A DNA stretch of 59,142 nucleotides from Gammaproteobacteria bacterium (lineage in GTDB: Bacteria > Pseudomonadota > Gammaproteobacteria > JAURND01), in assembly GCA_029266595.1 (NCBI GenBank), contig JAQSWO010000001.1:1-59142 (forward strand). The letters are read 5' to 3'. The notes below the pieces were generated by a model, which had not been told where the DNA came from, did no database searches, and saw nothing but the letters and a program-made list of their open reading frames with translations. Positions 55,602 through 59,142 of this stretch are shown in pieces (position 1 is the first letter of the stretch; every line of letters begins with the position of its first letter). The position numbers and the translations under genes are program-made.

Positions 55602-56899
55602 TTAGGGTCCTTATGAGAAAGTAGTGGTTTTTCAGAAGCACATTGATAGAAGAATAAAGCTAAAAACAGCACGTAGAAATTTCCTGTCACCGTTGTATAC
55701 AAAAATGCGTTATAACAAGCTCCCAGCATAAAGGAAAAGACGAGCGCCTGAGCAATAGGCCAGTCAGGAATACTTTTCAATGTCATCTTCCATTGCACGT
55801 AAAAAAAACACAAGAATAACGCTAACCCAATCAAGCCAAAATGTATCAGTGTTAATAGATATTCATTATGAGGATGCCCCCAACCTGGGATACCTGTGAT
55901 TTTTTCAAATGCCTTAGGAAAGCTTCCTGGCCCCATGCCTATGATAGGATGCTCTTTAATCATCATCATACTGGCCCGAATAAAATCAATCCTATATTCC
56001 ACAGAGAGCTGATAGGTATTTTTCACTTCAACAGAGGAGTGCTCTATCAGGTCTCCCACAGAAGTCTGAACTTTTTCTGATGACGCATAAAGCGATAGGC
56101 CCAAAAAAATTGATGCGAGCACACCAATCGTTATGCCTTTAAAAAGGGCTATATAGGCCTGTTTGGGATTATGCTGGAGCGATTGCCTTAAAAAAAATTG
56201 TACAAAAAAGAGGGTAACTAGGCACAGATACACCACCCAGCCTGTTCTCCCATCATTGATAAAGAATTCCTGCCAGGTGAATAATAGAAATAAAATGAAA
56301 TATAGCCATCGAAAGCGAACACCATAAATCGCGCGGTAAATAAATATATAAGCGGAAAAAGCCACAAAATAGCTGGTTTCAATATGGCTATGAAAAATCC
56401 ATGTCGCATCACTAGGATATCTTCCATATCCTATTCCTGCATATCGTGTTAGAAGTGAAAGACAAACAGTTAACGTCATCGCGACTAAAAAAGCTTGAAT
56501 GGCTGCATTACGCGCTCTAGAACCTAGGTGTTTGTCGTCGTTATCCATGCAAAGTGGGATGAGAAAAATAAAATAAAGTAGCTTGTCATATTTATGCAAG
56601 GCACGCAGTCTTTCACCCCAAGATGCCTCTCCCCATAAAATAGTCATAGCCGCAAATATAAAAATGAATAAGATGCTCCAGACAAGCGGATTTTTTTTAA
56701 CTTCGCCAAATTTTTTAAAAAACTGCCCTGATAAAACACTGCAGGCAAGGGCAGTAGACATAGAGAGATTCATGCCTGTGATGGAAAGTGGTGCAAAGAA
56801 ACCAGCGGCAGGAAGACAAAAAAGTCCGAATAAATAGAGCCCGTGCTGAAATTTGATCAGAACATTTTTTGTGGGAATGGAACATGTAGTTGCGGGCAT
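55598..56899 (-). CDS. O-antigen ligase family (Wzy_C domain) membrane protein
   Basis: 433 aa with about 10-12 TM helices. Periplasmic loop motif GMGPGSF...GHPHNEYLLTLIHFGLIGL. Confidence 0.7.
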   Translation of the reverse strand: MPATTCSIPTKNVLIKFQHGLYLFGLFCLPAAGFFAPLSITGMNLSMSTALACSVLSGQFFKKFGEVKKNPLVWSILFIFIFAAMTILWGEASWGERLRALHKYDKLLYFIFLIPLCMDNDDKHLGSRARNAAIQAFLVAMTLTVCLSLLTRYAGIGYGRYPSDATWIFHSHIETSYFVAFSAYIFIYRAIYGVRFRWLYFILFLLFTWQEFFINDGRTGWVVYLCLVTLFFVQFFLRQSLQHNPKQAYIALFKGITIGVLASIFLGLSLYASSEKVQTSVGDLIEHSSVEVKNTYQLSVEYRIDFIRASMMMIKEHPIIGMGPGSFPKAFEKITGIPGWGHPHNEYLLTLIHFGLIGLALFLCFFYVQWKMTLKSIPDWPIAQALVFSFMLGACYNAFLYTTVTGNFYVLFLALFFYQCASEKPLLSHKDPK

Positions 56900-56901
56900 G
56901 A

Positions 56902-57669
56902 TTATGCCCTACTTGCAGATAAAGCAAATTCAACATGTAATGGCGCATGATCAGACAATTTACTCCAAGGCATTTGATGAAGGCGATCGCATCCGACAAC
57001 ATCTACACCTCTAAAATACACACGGTCGACCTGCAACGTAGGGCGCCAAATAGGAAAAGACCTTGCGTGTTTGCCTGTAAGGACTTTGAATGCTTCTTGC
57101 AAACAGAGATGCGATTCCATATAACGCTCGGCGCGTTGAGTCCAGTCATTAAAATCGCCAGCAATAATTAAAGGTGCATACTCAGGGACATGAGATTGAA
57201 TGCGATCACAAAGCGTGGCGAGTTGTTTGTCACGCTCAATAGTGAATAATCCCAAGTGTACGCACACCACGTGTATTTCGGGCTGGCCTGGAATATGAAT
57301 AACCCCGTGCAACAAACTGCGACTGGCTTTTTTGTGAAAAGAAACATCAATATTTTCCCAAATAATAAAGGGAAATTTACTTAAGATGGCATTGCCATGA
57401 TGCCCATGATCATAAATTGCATTTTTACCATATACGAAATGTTCCCAAACACCGTTGGCGAGAAATTCAGCCTGATGCTCTTTTACCCAGTTTTTGTGTT
57501 TTTTTGCGCGTTTGACATGTTCGCCTTGTATCTCTTGTAGAAAAAGAATATGAGGATTAAGGTGATCAATGCTTTCCTTAATTTGATGTAAAACATAACG
57601 TATGCCGGTAGAGCTAAAGCCTTTATGTATGTTGTAAGTCAGTATGTTAAAAGTATTTTTTTTAGACAT
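56902..57669 (-). CDS. endonuclease/exonuclease/phosphatase (EEP) family protein, YbhP-like
   Basis: ILTYNIHKG, ILFLQEI, IAGDFND, LSDHAPL. It lies directly downstream of a ClsB-like gene, as in E. coli ybhO-ybhP. Confidence 0.8.
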   Translation of the reverse strand: MSKKNTFNILTYNIHKGFSSTGIRYVLHQIKESIDHLNPHILFLQEIQGEHVKRAKKHKNWVKEHQAEFLANGVWEHFVYGKNAIYDHGHHGNAILSKFPFIIWENIDVSFHKKASRSLLHGVIHIPGQPEIHVVCVHLGLFTIERDKQLATLCDRIQSHVPEYAPLIIAGDFNDWTQRAERYMESHLCLQEAFKVLTGKHARSFPIWRPTLQVDRVYFRGVDVVGCDRLHQMPWSKLSDHAPLHVEFALSASRA

Positions 57670-57688
57670 AATCGATTTCGCTTTTGTT

Positions 57689-58804
57689 CTAAATCCAATA
57701 TTTCAAATAAAGAAATAAACGACCTATGTTTTTCTTTATCCATCCACGTTTAAGCCAGCTATCCAGGCTGATTTCCTTCGATAGAGCAACATCTTTTAAG
57801 AATTGCTCCTCTATCTTTAATTTAGTCTCTTTCTGCTGAATATTCACATCTACTTCTAAGTCATGTAACAAGCTACGATGATTTAAGTTGCTTGAACCTA
57901 CCATAACCCAATCATCTAATTGCAGAGACTTCGCATGCAGCATACTAGGTGTATACTCCAAAATTTTAACGCCAGCTTCGAGCAAGGATGCATAAAAGGC
58001 CGAAGATGCCCATGGCATAATCAGCAAATCAGCCTTTTCTGGCAAAAGAATTCTGACATCTACGCCCATACGCGCTCGGTCTTTAAGAATGTGTAACAAA
58101 AAATTATCTGGCACAAAATAAGAATTGACGATCCAGATGCGTTTTTGACACCGGGCCATATGCTGCAGTAATTGCTTATAGAGTAGCCGCCGCTTTCGTC
58201 GAGTATTATTAAGCCTAATAGGGTTGTGCAAGTTGATTTTCCGGGCTCTTTTTTTGACCGTCTCATGGGACCAACACGCATTAAATGCAGTGGTTAATTC
58301 GCGCAGGTCAATGTCTTCTAGCCGAACAATAGTATCTCGCCAACCTTTCCCTTCCTGAGAAGCAGACAAATGACATATGCTGATGTTCGCACTACCGACA
58401 TAGCCAATCTTTTGATCGATAACACAAACTTTTCGATGATTTCGCTTATTGGCATTATAAAAAAAGTAAAAGGCCTTGAGTAGGAAGTGTATGCGTATGA
58501 TGCCATATCTTAATTGCCAGAATCGCCATAGAAATGGATGATAAACACGCACTTCTACCCCCCCTGCCCTCAAATTGTCAAAGAATGGTATTTTTTGCCA
58601 GCCCGTACCCGCGCCATCTACCAACAGGCGCACGTGTACACCGCGCTTGGCAGCCGCTATGAGATGCTGCGACAAGCGCTCTCCTAATGCGTCCGCGGCA
58701 AAAATATAGGTTTCAATATCTATACATTTTTCTGCTTGATCAATATCCTCAAAAAGAGCATTAAAATAAGCATCACCGCTGAAAAATATGTCTTCTTTAG
58801 GCAT
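57689..58804 (-). CDS. phospholipase D family protein, ClsB-like cardiolipin synthase
   Basis: Two HKD motifs: HRKVCVIDQKIGYVGSANI and HAKSLQLDDWVMVGSSNLNHRS. No N-terminal TM helices. Confidence 0.8.
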   Translation of the reverse strand: MPKEDIFFSGDAYFNALFEDIDQAEKCIDIETYIFAADALGERLSQHLIAAAKRGVHVRLLVDGAGTGWQKIPFFDNLRAGGVEVRVYHPFLWRFWQLRYGIIRIHFLLKAFYFFYNANKRNHRKVCVIDQKIGYVGSANISICHLSASQEGKGWRDTIVRLEDIDLRELTTAFNACWSHETVKKRARKINLHNPIRLNNTRRKRRLLYKQLLQHMARCQKRIWIVNSYFVPDNFLLHILKDRARMGVDVRILLPEKADLLIMPWASSAFYASLLEAGVKILEYTPSMLHAKSLQLDDWVMVGSSNLNHRSLLHDLEVDVNIQQKETKLKIEEQFLKDVALSKEISLDSWLKRGWIKKNIGRLFLYLKYWI

Positions 58805-58874
58805 ATAAGGGACCCCATTTCAAAGCTAAGGATTTAAGGATGTAATACCGTTCCTCTTTATGATTTGCTTGATT

Positions 58875-59142
58875 TCATTTTTGCGAAAATTCGTATTTTG
58901 AAAGATAGGTATAAATATAATCAACCGCTTCCTCCGGAGAATCTGTGACTAAGAGGCCCTCCACATCCGCAGAAGAAATCGTGCCTTGCTCTAGCAATGT
59001 AGCGCGCATAAAAGTTATCAGCGGCTGCCAAAATGACTTTCCCATAAGCACCAAGGGAAAACCCCTCATCTTTTTAGTTTGAATCAATGTCATCATTTCA
59101 AACATTTCATCCAACGTGCCAAGTCCGCCAGGCATAATGATA
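58875..59142 (-). CDS. LOG family (TIGR00730) Rossmann-fold protein; N-terminus outside the window
   Basis: PGGLGTLDEMFEMMTLIQTKK is the LOG signature. The frame stays open to the window edge. Confidence 0.8.
   Translation of the reverse strand, partial: IIMPGGLGTLDEMFEMMTLIQTKKMRGFPLVLMGKSFWQPLITFMRATLLEQGTISSADVEGLLVTDSPEEAVDYIYTYLSKYEFSQK

Overview
This 59.1-kb chromosomal window comes from a moderately AT-rich gammaproteobacterium. Ankyrin-repeat proteins, a YhgA/Rpn-type nuclease and many short GTAACAGG-type hairpin MITEs suggest Legionellales, Coxiella-like; that is an inference, not a database match. The backbone is housekeeping and lies mostly on the minus strand: sspA, tRNA-Gln, rpsI-rplM, ruvB/ruvA/ruvC-yebC-aspS, pfkA, ubiE-ubiJ-ubiB, sdhCDAB-sucAB (no sucCD), dps, rlpA-dacA-dat-ybeD-lipB-lipA, hemD, dapB, tRNA-Ala/tRNA-Glu, cspA, tRNA-Met, zapA-6S RNA-5-FCL, dsbB, uspA, bamE, mtnN, murD-ftsW, pyrF, nadC/nadB, an O-antigen-ligase-like gene, a clsB/ybhP-like pair and a LOG-family gene. 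Seven things stand out. (1) An Rpn nuclease sits between nadC and nadB. It has a Shine-Dalgarno-preceded internal in-frame start, and its C-terminal module is tandemly duplicated as a stand-alone small ORF with a different number of 4-aa/12-bp repeats. (2) Five DnaA boxes lie next to an AT-rich tract between uspA and bamE, forming an oriC/DARS/datA-like locus. (3) An AT-rich DUF262/DUF1524 (GmrSD-like) nuclease is inserted between core metabolic genes. (4) Three families of MITE-like repeats include nested mosaics, and some abut or overlap gene stop codons. (5) Two ankyrin-repeat proteins are candidate secreted effectors. (6) PyrF is collinear with eukaryotic URA3. (7) A 58-aa lipoprotein ORF falls below the ORF-track cutoff. 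No CRISPR array, rRNA, intact IS element or prophage was seen. All family assignments rest on reading translations and motifs by eye, and start codons and repeat boundaries are approximate.
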